Below, in pieces: positions 51,196 through 60,543 of a stretch of DNA of 64,000 nt. The first letter of the stretch is position 1; the number at the start of each line of letters is the position of its first letter. The position numbers and the translations under genes were made by a program. Source of the DNA: an uncultured delta proteobacterium (lineage in GTDB: Bacteria > Myxococcota_A > UBA9160 > SZUA-336); contig CAVPHD010000001.1 in the NCBI GenBank assembly GCA_963704165.1, forward strand, positions 448,001 through 512,000, given 5' to 3'. The notes beneath the pieces are model-generated. The model was not told the origin of the DNA. It ran no database searches and saw nothing but the letters and a program-made list of their open reading frames with translations.

Positions 51196-52575
51196 TTGGC
51201 GGGGGCGGCGCGCGTGGACCTGACACCCGAGCTGGGTGTGCCCCTGATGGGCTATGGAGCGCGAGTCGGCCGGGCCCGGTCCGTCGCCGACCGCCTGCAC
51301 GCACGCGCCATCGCTCTCGACGACGGCGGGCCGAGCAGCCTGATCGCGGTCTCCGCGGATCTGTGCCTGATCGCGCCCGAACAGGCGATCGACGTGCGAG
51401 AGCGGATCGGCGCCGCAACAGGGGTACCGACCTCGCGGATCCTGGTCGCCTGCACGCATACCCATTCTGGCCCCGACACCGGCCTCGGTGAGCTGCTCGC
51501 GGGCAATCCGGTCCCGGCACACGTGCCGGCGCTCCTCGAGGGCGTTGCGACGGCGGCGATCGAAGCGTGGCGACGACGTGAGCCCGCGACGTTCACCTGG
51601 ACACGGGCGCAGGCACGGATCGGGCGAAATCGCCGCGTCGCCGATGCACCGATCGACGAGGGCATCGAAGTGCTCCGCGTCGATGCGACGTCGGGTCGGC
51701 CGATCGCCGTGCTCTTCCGTCACTCCTGCCACGGAACCGTGCGAGGCCACGACAGCCTCGAGATCTCCGCGGACTGGCCCGGTGCCGCAGCCAGCGCGAT
51801 CGAGTCGTCGACGGGCGCCATCGCGGTCTTTCTGCTCGGCGCGCACGCCGACGTCGATCCGCGAACGCGCGGACTGATGGATCTCGCGATCCCAGGGCAG
51901 AGCGTCGGGCTCGGTGCGGAGGCGGTCCGGGTTCTCGGACGCGAGGTCGCAGACGCCGTGGTGCAGGCCCTGGCGAGCGCCGCGTCCGAGCCGATGGACT
52001 CCGCACCCGTGACCGCGGGCAGCCGCACCGTTCGGCTGCCGATTCATCTCGGCGACCGGACACCCGCGGCGGCGCGTGCCGGCCTCGAGCAGCGCAAGCT
52101 CGAGATCGCGAAGCTCCTGGGCACGAGCGCCGATTCGCTTCCGCGCACCTCTGAGCTCTGGGACTTCGCCAGCGCCGCCACCCGCGACCTTCCGGTCGAC
52201 GAAGCGCGCGAGCGGATTGCGCAAGTTCGTCTGTACATCCGCGACAAGACTTCTCCATTCTTCGTCCAGAACCGGCGCGAGCTTGACGTGGAAGTGCAGG
52301 TGCTCCGCATCGGTCGCGCGGTCCTCCTCGGTCTTCCGCTCGAGCCGACGACGCAGGTCGGACTGGACTGGCGGGATCGCTTCGGCCCGGATCGGATCGG
52401 CGCCGTCATCGGGATCGCGAACGGCTGGCTTCGCTATCTGCCGCACGCGTCGGACCTCGCCCATCCGCGTGCGCACTGGCACTACGAGGTGTTGCAAAGC
52501 CTGCTCGCGCCCGGGGCATGCGAGGCGCTGCTCGCTGCGGGCGAGAGCCTGGCGCGCGAGCTCGGTCGCGCCTGA
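51196..52575 (+). CDS. Neutral/alkaline ceramidase N-terminal domain protein (start approximate)
   Basis: GAARVDLTP..G.PLMGY, DRLHARA, CTHTHSGP, CHGT, ISADWPG. Confidence 0.82.
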   Translation: MAGAARVDLTPELGVPLMGYGARVGRARSVADRLHARAIALDDGGPSSLIAVSADLCLIAPEQAIDVRERIGAATGVPTSRILVACTHTHSGPDTGLGELLAGNPVPAHVPALLEGVATAAIEAWRRREPATFTWTRAQARIGRNRRVADAPIDEGIEVLRVDATSGRPIAVLFRHSCHGTVRGHDSLEISADWPGAAASAIESSTGAIAVFLLGAHADVDPRTRGLMDLAIPGQSVGLGAEAVRVLGREVADAVVQALASAASEPMDSAPVTAGSRTVRLPIHLGDRTPAAARAGLEQRKLEIAKLLGTSADSLPRTSELWDFASAATRDLPVDEARERIAQVRLYIRDKTSPFFVQNRRELDVEVQVLRIGRAVLLGLPLEPTTQVGLDWRDRFGPDRIGAVIGIANGWLRYLPHASDLAHPRAHWHYEVLQSLLAPGACEALLAAGESLARELGRA

Positions 52576-52584
52576 AGCCCGGCG

Positions 52585-53896
52585 CTAGGCCGTCTTCAAG
52601 TCGCCGATCGCCTCGGCGACGCACTCGAAGAGCGGCTCGACCTGACCGACCTCGAGACACGAGAACGCGACACGAATGTCGGTCCGGCCCATCGAGATCA
52701 CGCCAACGCCGTACTTCTCGAGCAAGTGGAGGCGCAGCTTCTCGGCGTCGACGCCCTTCACGCGAATGCACATGAAGTAACCCGCGTTGAACGGGTAGAC
52801 GTCCCAGAGCGGCCGGTACTTGTCTCGGTATACGACCTCGCGCACGCGCGTGGCACGCGCGCGCAGGATCTCGAGCTTCTCGTGGCGCTCTGCGTCGATG
52901 GTGCTCGAGCGCAGTGCCGACAAGACGATGCTCTGCGAGAGCGCCGCAGTGTTCGAGATCGACGCGCGGATCGCGCCCATCAGCTTGCGTTCGAGCGCGC
53001 CGAGCAAGACCGTGGCGTTTCCGACGGGTGGTGGTGCGATCGTCAGGAATCCACAGCGCAGGCCCCAGACGAAGAGCTCCTTCGTCGCACCGTCGAGCTT
53101 GATCGTCAGGACGTTCTCGTGAAGGTTCGAAAGCCAGCCAAACGGCGACTCCCGGATCGCGTCGTCGTCGAAGAGCAGGCCGAAGTAGGCGTCGTCGCAG
53201 ACCACGACCAGCTTCTTGCCCGCGCGCGCCGCGTCGAGCACCGCATCGCGCATCTCTCCGACCTCGGCGGCGGTCGGCATGTAGCCCGTCGGGTTGTTCG
53301 GGAAGTTCAAGACGAGCAGCTGCTTCGCCGGTCCGGCCAGCAGCGCGGCGCGCATGGCGGGGACGTTGAATCGCTCGCCGTCGTAGGTTGCAAACGTCTC
53401 GATCGACGCCGCCCAGGCGCGTCTCGAAGTTCAGCGCGTAGTTGTCCCAGAGCATGTCCGGAATCAGCACGCGGTCGCCCGGATCGACGAAGAGATCGCC
53501 GACCAGCGAGAGACCATGCGTGATCGCGTGCGTCACGATCGGCAGACCGAAGCTGCGCTCGCGCAGCGTCGGGTTCTCGGCCAGGAGCTTCTTGCGCCAC
53601 GCTTCTCGCAGGTCCGCGCGGCCCTGCGCGGGCGCGTAGCGCAGGGCATCGGCGGGAGAGATGTCCTTCAGGTGCGCGATCACCGACGCCAGCACCATCG
53701 GGCCGCCACCCTCGGTCGCCTCGCCGATCGTCGCGTTGAAGCGATTCGCCTTCTCTTTCGCCTCGGCCGACTGCGAAAGGATGCCCTTCGGAAAGTACAG
53801 CTCGCGACCGCGCTGCGAGAGCAGTTCGTAGGTCGCACGGCTCTCGGCGCGGATCTTCTGGTTCAGCTCTTCTGCGATCGGGTGCACGCGCCGCAC
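52585..53896 (-). CDS. Class I/II PLP-dependent aminotransferase; one frameshift near 53411
   Basis: N-half PKGILSQSAEAK, NATIG, WDNY; C-half LNFPNNPTGY, DDAY, DGATKE..WGLR in another frame. Confidence 0.87.
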
Positions 53897-53919
53897 GTTA
53901 GCAGGTCGGGAAGTTCATT

Positions 53920-54381
53920 TTAAGAGATGCGCTCGAGGATGCGCGCGCGTTCGGCGAAACCGTGCCGTCCCCAGTACGCGAGAGCCTCGGTGTTGCTGCT
54001 CTCGACGCGGACCGAAATTCTCGTGACTCCGCGGGAAGCGAAGAACGCGTCGCTCTCGGCGACGAGCCGTGCAGCCACGCCCCGCTCGCGGTGTCCTGGC
54101 TCGACGTAGAGCTCGTGGATCCACCCGGGAGCCGATTCCGGGTTCGGACCGACGCCGCGCTCGACCTCGGCGAACAGGAACCCCACCAATCGAGCCTCGC
54201 GCTCGGCGACGATCAGTCGGCAGCTTGGACTCGAAGCGGCGCGACGGATCTCACCTGCGATCATCGCAGCGATTCCGGGCATCGTCGGATAGCCCGGTGA
54301 CAGGGCGCGGTGGTGATCGACCAGCCGGAGCCAGAGAGCGAGCACCCGCTCACGGTCACCGGGAACCGCGTCGCGCAGCAC
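53920..54381 (-). CDS. GNAT-family N-acetyltransferase (start approximate)
   Basis: LVGFL, IHELYVEPGHRERGVA, NTEALAYW...GF. Confidence 0.85.
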   Translation of the reverse strand: MLRDAVPGDRERVLALWLRLVDHHRALSPGYPTMPGIAAMIAGEIRRAASSPSCRLIVAEREARLVGFLFAEVERGVGPNPESAPGWIHELYVEPGHRERGVAARLVAESDAFFASRGVTRISVRVESSNTEALAYWGRHGFAERARILERIS

Positions 54382-54401
54382 GAGCCTTGCGGCCGGCTGG
54401 T

Positions 54402-55061
54402 CTATTTCAGCACCCGGCGCTCCTTCGCACGAATCATGCGCAGGCTGCCCGCTTTGTCTCCCTCGCTCCAGGTTCCGCGCAACTCGTCCGGGGACGGTCG
54501 CTCCTCGATTTCGAAAACCGACGCCTCCTCCATGCCGCCCAACAGCGTGTCGCCGCCCGAGAGCGAATCGACGACGCTGACCCGCACGCGACCCGGTGAC
54601 CACGTGATCTCCCAGTTTCGCGCGAAGCTGACCGTTCCTCCGGCGCTGGATCCCTCTGGCGCGAGCGACTTCATGCCGGTCGCGATGCTTCCCTCGAGCT
54701 GCTTCGAGCGCATCGCGCGCGTCGAGACATCGACGTGCTTCATGAGCTCGGCGAGTACCAGACCCTCCGGCTGCCAGGGGCGGTGTCCGCGCATGTCTGC
54801 ACGCCGGACCTCCTCGGTTCCCTCGTCGAAGAGCACGTACGGGTACTCGTCGACCTCGAGCTTGGTGTCCTGCTGGCGGATCGACCACGCGAAGTCCTTG
54901 AACTTCGTGATCGACTTGTCCTCGGACTTCGAATCCTTGTAGTGGAGCAGCAGGTACCATTCGCCGCTCAGGTCGAGATCCGAGAGGTCCTCGGCGAGCG
55001 CGAAGCGCGGTCCGGCAAGGAGCGCGCAAGCCATGAGCACGACGAGTCCAAATGAATGCAT
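54402..55061 (-). CDS. Secreted hypothetical protein, beta-rich
   Basis: Signal peptide ending ALA; DLSGEW and LRGTW motifs suggest a beta-barrel module. Confidence 0.7.
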   Translation of the reverse strand: MHSFGLVVLMACALLAGPRFALAEDLSDLDLSGEWYLLLHYKDSKSEDKSITKFKDFAWSIRQQDTKLEVDEYPYVLFDEGTEEVRRADMRGHRPWQPEGLVLAELMKHVDVSTRAMRSKQLEGSIATGMKSLAPEGSSAGGTVSFARNWEITWSPGRVRVSVVDSLSGGDTLLGGMEEASVFEIEERPSPDELRGTWSEGDKAGSLRMIRAKERRVLK

Positions 55062-55189
55062 AGGCAGCCAGTATAGCCACGTACGAGTTGTGGAATCCCG
55101 CCCCCTGAGGCGGGGGAGTGCCACCACGCTTGGTGTAGACTCGCACGCGATGGCGCGCGTCGGCGCAGTGCGCGCCCGAAGGCGGGGTT

Positions 55190-57142
55190 GTGGCTGCGAT
55201 CTGGATTGTATCTGAAGAATCAGCGCTCTCTACGACGCTGGCGCACCACGTCGATTCACTGGGAGGAGTCTGGCTCGGCGTGCCGGAACCTGCGGGCTTC
55301 AAGAGCGCTCCGCCGCCGGATCTACTGATCCTGTGCGGTGTCGCCGAGAGGTCGGACCGTCATGACGCGCTCGAGCGGCTCCTCGCGTTCGTGCGTCAGA
55401 TTCCGCAGCGGCGCCGCGCCTCGGCGCCCGTGCTCTATCTGGCTCCGGACGGAGAGCCGGACGGCGGTCTCCACCTCGAGCGGCTCTTCGACGACCGCTG
55501 CTTCTCACTTCTGCGGTTCCCCTTCGATCCCGACGAACTGACCGCTCGTGCCCGCGACTTGCTGCGCTCGAGCGAGCGGCCCGAGAGCCTGCGCGAGCGC
55601 GCGCGCAAGCTCTGGGTGACGCACGAGGTCGAACGGCTCTACGCGGGGCTCGACCTGCCCGAGCTGCGCCAGGCCGTCGATCCGCGCAACGCGCATCGCC
55701 CCGTGCTCCTGATCGGCGAACCCGGAACACGCCGCGCGCTGCTCGCGCGCTACGTGCACAATCTGGCAGAGCCGACGCGCGACGCGTTCGTGTCGATCGC
55801 GCTGCGCTCGATGGCGATCGGTGAGCTCGAGAGCGTGATCATGACGCGAACCACGAACCGGCGCGCGACGGCCTACCTCGATGGACTCGATGACGCCGCT
55901 CCGGCGCTACAGGACGAGCTGGCACATCTACTGGGAGCGAGCGGAGCCCTGGCGCTCGAACCGCTGCGCTGGATTGCCGCGGCTACCCGTGGAGGCGGCT
56001 TCGCCCGTCGCGCTTCGCGATCTCGGCTGGCTGCGCGTCGAGCTTCCTCCGCTCCGCGCACGCGCGCGACAAGGCCGCGCTGATCGACGCGGCCTTTCGC
56101 GCGTCATCCGAGCGCCAGGGACGCGAACTCACGCTCGAGCCAGAGGCTCGGGAGCTCTTGGTCGAATACGGCTGGCCGGGAAATCTGCGCGAGCTCGATC
56201 GTGTTTCCGATGCGACCTGTGCGGCGGCATCGGGCACGAAGATCGGCGCGGCGGATCTGCAGATCTCGACTCACTCCCCATTTCACCCTCCGCCCTCGAC
56301 ATCGCCCGTGCCTGAGCCGCCGGCTTCGAGCGATGAGGAGCTGATGCTCGAGACCGTCGCCGAGCGCGACCTCGGGCGAAGACGAGCTCGATCCGGCTGA
56401 GCTGCTCGAGCTCGATGAGCTCGAACCCCTACGCGACACGGAGCCCGAACCCACGTCACCGCCCGAGCCTCGGGCCGCGGAGCCGTCGGACGTGCCGCTC
56501 GGCCTGTCGCCGCGTCAGCTCGTGATCCCGCTCGCTCAGTCCATCCGCGCGCCTCTGCGGGCATTTCGCACCTACGCGAACCTCGTCGAGCAACGGCCGG
56601 ACGACGAGCACGTCCGGCGCGAGCTGCGGACCTTGGTCGAGCAGGATCTCGGCAGCCTCGAGGACACGCTGCAGCGTGTCGAGCGGTTCTCCCGGCTCGG
56701 CCCACCCGTGCTGCGGCCATTCGATCTCGCCGCAGCCCTCGGTGCCGAGCTCGACGCGCGTCAGAGCCAGGCGCGCGCGAAGTCCCTGGTCGTGCTCCGC
56801 GAGCTCGACTCGAGTGCGCCCCCGCTCGTCGCGGACGAGAGCCAACTCCGCCTCGCGATCCGCTCGCTGCTCGACCTCGCCCTCCGACTCGTGCCGGAGG
56901 GCGGCGACCTGTATCTCGGCAGCGCTTGGCGGCCGAAGGATGAGGGGCTCGGCGCGGGTCATCGCATTCTGCTGCGCTTCCACAGCCCGGAGGACGTGCT
57001 GACCGGACCTTCGGGTGAGACGGATGGCGACTATCTCGAGGTCGTGATCGCGCGCGACCTGTTCGCGCGTGCGGGAGGGAGCTTCGCGATCGACGCGAGC
57101 GGCGCGCAGGACAACGTGATTCTGGTCGAGTTGCCGGGCTGA
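55190..57142 (+). CDS. Degenerate REC - sigma54-activator-like AAA - acidic linker - HisKA - HATPase fusion; three frameshifts (~55995, ~56064, ~56375)
   Basis: Frame-spliced translation: PDLLILC, FPFDPDEL, VLLIGEPGTRRALLARYVH, YLDGL, LRWIAA, RVELPPLRAR, YGWPGNLREL, LAQSIRAPL, ADESQLRLAIRSLLDLA, AGGSF..VELP. Confidence 0.75.
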
Positions 57143-57166
57143 CGCGCTCCGCTAGCGTCGCTGGGC

Positions 57167-57688
57167 TTGGGGCTCCGACCTCTCACGCGCAAAGTCGCTG
57201 CCGTAGTGACGTCTGCCGACGCAGATCTCGCGACGCTCGTCGTCCGCTACACGCCGCAGCGAGGGAGTCCATCCGAGATCGAGGATCGGATCTACCTCGG
57301 CCGCCCTGGCGAGGTCGCGGCCGTCTACGGAGTCGGCCGCTGGCTGCGCATCCTCCGCGCCGGACGCGTGCATGTACCGGGCGATCCCTACCAGATCTGC
57401 CACGACCCCGAGCACGCGCTCACGCTCTTGCGACGCTGTATCGGTGCGAGCATCCATCTCATCGTCGCCCGCCGGCTCGAACGCTCGATCACGCTCTGGA
57501 CCGACGCCGGTGTCGAGCACGTCGGCGCTGTGATGGACTTCGTCGAGGGGGTGGACGGTCTCTTGATTCGACGCCGTGGCGGTGGTCCGCTGATGCACGT
57601 CGCGCGAGAGAGCTTGATCCGCTTCGAGTCCGCGCTGATCGAACGCCTCGAAGTGATCTCCGTCGATCTGCCGCCGCGCAGCCGATGA
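57167..57688 (+). CDS. Hypothetical protein (start uncertain)
   Basis: Fills the gap between the signalling fusion and the tat leader; coding-like codon usage. Confidence 0.6.
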   Translation: MGLRPLTRKVAAVVTSADADLATLVVRYTPQRGSPSEIEDRIYLGRPGEVAAVYGVGRWLRILRAGRVHVPGDPYQICHDPEHALTLLRRCIGASIHLIVARRLERSITLWTDAGVEHVGAVMDFVEGVDGLLIRRRGGGPLMHVARESLIRFESALIERLEVISVDLPPRSR

Positions 57689-57741
57689 GTCCGCCGGATG
57701 ATTTCACTTGCATGCGCGACGTGGGTCTGATTTAAGTTACG

Positions 57742-57823
57742 TGCGGGTCGCTGCTGCCCCGCGACGATCTGGATCTTCATCGGGGGGTGGAGGATCCGAG
57801 ATTTCGCGGGGCAGCACCCCGCA
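57742..57823 (+). other. Long RNA hairpin upstream of tatA (candidate structured leader or sRNA)
   Basis: TGCGGG/CCCGCA outer stem, 13-bp perfect stem TGCTGCCCCGCGA/TCGCGGGGCAGCA, inner stem GGATCTTCATC/GGTGGAGGATCC with G-U pairs. Confidence 0.6.
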
Positions 57824-57898
57824 TCGAGCGTTCGCGCTACCCTTCGATTCGACTCCATCCCGCAGAACGTCGAGTGCAAGGAGTCCAGGGAGGCAAGA

Positions 57899-58153
57899 TT
57901 GTTCGGCATCGGCATGCCGGAGCTGCTCGTGATTCTGGTCGTCGCACTGCTCGTGCTCGGGCCGAAGCGTCTACCCGAGATGGCTCGCTCGCTCGGGCGC
58001 GGGATGGCCGAGTTCCGCCGTGCGTCGAACGAATTCACGCGCACACTCTCCGGATCGATCGAAGAGCCTCCGCCTCAACCGAAGAAGAGCGCGGGCGACG
58101 TCAAGACCGCAGTCGAGCCCAGCGCTGCACCGAAACCGCGCGACGATGAGTGA
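57899..58153 (+). CDS. tatA: Twin-arginine translocase TatA/TatB subunit
   Basis: GGAGG RBS and TTG start; [33 protein letters not shown]. Confidence 0.9.
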   Translation: MFGIGMPELLVILVVALLVLGPKRLPEMARSLGRGMAEFRRASNEFTRTLSGSIEEPPPQPKKSAGDVKTAVEPSAAPKPRDDE

Positions 58154-58904
58154 CGAGCCGCGCCCCATCCTCGATCATCTCTCGGAGCTGCGGCGCCGGC
58201 TCTTCTGGATCATCGGCGCATGGTCGATCTGCTCGCTCGCCGCGAGCTTCTGGCCGAGGGAGCTCTTCGAGATCTTGATGGCGCCGGCCATCGACGCCGT
58301 TCGTTCCTCGGGACATACACTGATTGCTGTCGCCCCGAGCGAGCTCTTCATGACCTACCTGAAGACGATCCTGCTCTCGGGCTTCGCCCTGTCGATGCCG
58401 GTCACGCTCTGGCAGCTCTGGGCCTTCGTTGCGCCGGGCCTTTACGCCAACGAGCGGCGGCTCGCGCTCCCGTTCGTCGTCTCGACCAGCTCGCTGTTCT
58501 TGATCGGCTGCGCCTTCAGCTACTTCTTCGCGCTGCCGCTCATCTTCGGCTACTTCGTCTCGCTCGAAGCCGACTACGTACACACGAGCTGGACGACCCA
58601 GGCGGTCTTCAGCTCGGTTTCGAGCATGTACCTCGCCTTCGGCATCTCGTTCCAGCTCCCGATCGTGCTCGTCGCCCTGGCCTTGGCCGGCGTGGTCACG
58701 CCGAAGCAGCTCGCCTCGAACCGGAAGTACGCCGTCCTGGTGGGGTTCGTCGCCGCGGCGATCCTGACGCCGCCGGACGCGACCAGCCAGGTCATGCTCG
58801 CGGTCCCGCTCTGTCTGCTCTACGAGCTGTCGATCTGGATCTCGCGACTCCTCGTCCGCAAACCCAAGGAACAGCTCTTGCCCGTGGAGTCCCGGGAGTC
58901 CTGA
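58146..58904 (+). CDS. tatC: Twin-arginine translocase TatC
   Basis: [40 protein letters not shown]. Confidence 0.96.
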   Translation: MSDEPRPILDHLSELRRRLFWIIGAWSICSLAASFWPRELFEILMAPAIDAVRSSGHTLIAVAPSELFMTYLKTILLSGFALSMPVTLWQLWAFVAPGLYANERRLALPFVVSTSSLFLIGCAFSYFFALPLIFGYFVSLEADYVHTSWTTQAVFSSVSSMYLAFGISFQLPIVLVALALAGVVTPKQLASNRKYAVLVGFVAAAILTPPDATSQVMLAVPLCLLYELSIWISRLLVRKPKEQLLPVESRES

Positions 58905-59599
58905 TGCGCGCCGATCGAATTGAAGCGGTTCTGCTCGACATGGGCGGTGTCCTCCTTCCCGAGCTTCAGACCTACGAGCGGTCTGCGCGCAACCGCGCCT
59001 TCCTCACCGCCCTCGGCGAGCAGGGCATCACCGACGCGGAGTCGTTCGTGCTCGAGCGCGCCAGGCGACTTCGCGAGGCCTACCGGGCGCTCGAGAAGGA
59101 GTGCCGGCAGCCCGACGTCGACGAGGTGCTCTCGGATTGCACCCCGGTCGTTCGAGGCTTGCTGCTGCGCGCATTTCAGGAGGAGGCCGCTCCCGCAGCC
59201 TACGCGCACGCGAGAGGCGTCGTCGCCGACCTCGCTCGCGACTACGCACTCGGCATCGTCTCGAACAACGCGATGCAGGGTGACTACCATGCACGGGTTT
59301 TGAAGCGCGCCGGAATCCTGCAACACATCGGTTGCGCGGTGTGGTCGGCGAACTTCGGACGACGCAAGCCCGATCCAGCGATGATCTTCCACGTGCTCGA
59401 CTTCCTCGGTGTTCCGGTCGAGCGTGCGATCTTCGTCGGAGACAAGCTGCGCACGGACGTCGCCGCGGCGCGCGCCGCGGGTGTTCGATCGGTGTACATC
59501 CGAAAGCGCGGCGCAGCGTTCGCCTCACGGGAGCTCCGGCCGGACTTCACGATTTCCGACTTGCGCGCACTCCCCGCGCTACTGCGGCAGCTCGGCTAG
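58904..59599 (+). CDS. HAD-family hydrolase
   Basis: LLDMGGVL, VSN, RKPDPAM, FVGDKLRTDV. Confidence 0.88.
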   Translation: MRADRIEAVLLDMGGVLLPELQTYERSARNRAFLTALGEQGITDAESFVLERARRLREAYRALEKECRQPDVDEVLSDCTPVVRGLLLRAFQEEAAPAAYAHARGVVADLARDYALGIVSNNAMQGDYHARVLKRAGILQHIGCAVWSANFGRRKPDPAMIFHVLDFLGVPVERAIFVGDKLRTDVAAARAAGVRSVYIRKRGAAFASRELRPDFTISDLRALPALLRQLG

Positions 59600-60543
59600 C
59601 CGAGCGAGAGCACGCGCTCGACGAAGTGCGCGCCGAATCGCTCCTCGTCCACCCTCGTCGCGCAGCGCATGGGAAACGTCCGTGCGCTGGCATCCGCGCG
59701 CTCGTGCGTGCGGAACACTCCGTTCTCGATCGTTGGCTCGATTTCGAGATCCTCGTAGCGGCAGAAGGAGTCGTCGTACACGCAGGCCAGCGTCAACGGG
59801 TCGTGCAGGAAGGCGGCGTTGTCCTCGGGCGGGGCTCCGTCCGGATCGAAGAGACGGCGCTGCACGGGAGTCCAGATCCGCACCGCCCTCGCCAGCGCGA
59901 GGTGGATCCCGGCTCCCGTGCGTTCGATTCGCGCGACGTCGGCATCCCGGAGCCGGGTCCGCAGCGTCACGTCGGCGGTGATCAGCGTCGTCGGAATTCC
60001 CGACCGAAGCACCAGGAGCGAAGCGTGCGGGTCCGAGCACAGGTTGTAGTCGACGCCGTGCGGGAGTACGCGCCCGCGGTACGACACCTCGCGGAGATGC
60101 CCTCCCATCACCGTGAGGCGGCCGATGCGCGAGGCGAAGTCGGGATCCAGCGCGAGAGCGACCGCCAGGTTGGTGAGCGGTCCGACGGCGACGATCTCGA
60201 GTCCCGGTCGCCGACGCGAGATCTCGATCAAGGCATCGACGGCGTGTGCATTCGCGAGCGGTGGATCGACGCCGGGCTCGAGAATTCCCTCACCCTCGTG
60301 ACCGAACCAATTGAAGCCGTCGCCGGCCAAGAGCGGGACTCGACAGCCCGCGAAGACCGGGATCTCCGTCCGCCCCGCCAGCTCGAGCAACCGCCGCGCG
60401 ACGTGCGCGCGCAAGCGGACCTCGCGGCCGACGTTCGTTACGGCGAGGATCTCGAGTTCGGGTGAGGCGAGGGCGAGCGCCAGGCAGAGCGCGTCGTCGA
60501 CGTCCGACGCCATGTCGGTGTCGAGGACGATCGCGCGCCTCAT
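59596..60543 (-). CDS. Inosine-uridine preferring nucleoside hydrolase family protein
   Basis: LDTDMASDVDDA, GPLTNLA, VMGG, YN..SDP, LHDPL. Confidence 0.9.
   Translation of the reverse strand: MRRAIVLDTDMASDVDDALCLALALASPELEILAVTNVGREVRLRAHVARRLLELAGRTEIPVFAGCRVPLLAGDGFNWFGHEGEGILEPGVDPPLANAHAVDALIEISRRRPGLEIVAVGPLTNLAVALALDPDFASRIGRLTVMGGHLREVSYRGRVLPHGVDYNLCSDPHASLLVLRSGIPTTLITADVTLRTRLRDADVARIERTGAGIHLALARAVRIWTPVQRRLFDPDGAPPEDNAAFLHDPLTLACVYDDSFCRYEDLEIEPTIENGVFRTHERADASARTFPMRCATRVDEERFGAHFVERVLSLG

Noticed and set aside
53395..53420. Programmed frameshifting as the explanation for split genes (aminotransferase, nadA, BON, signalling fusion)
   Set aside because: No slippery heptamers seen; the indels fall in short G runs or CG repeats across unrelated genes, which is typical of long-read consensus errors.
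55097..55170. Small hairpin CCCGCC/GGCGGG and a possible sigma54 promoter (TGGCGC...)
   Set aside because: A 6-bp GC stem is expected by chance, and the GG-N10-GC spacing is not satisfied.
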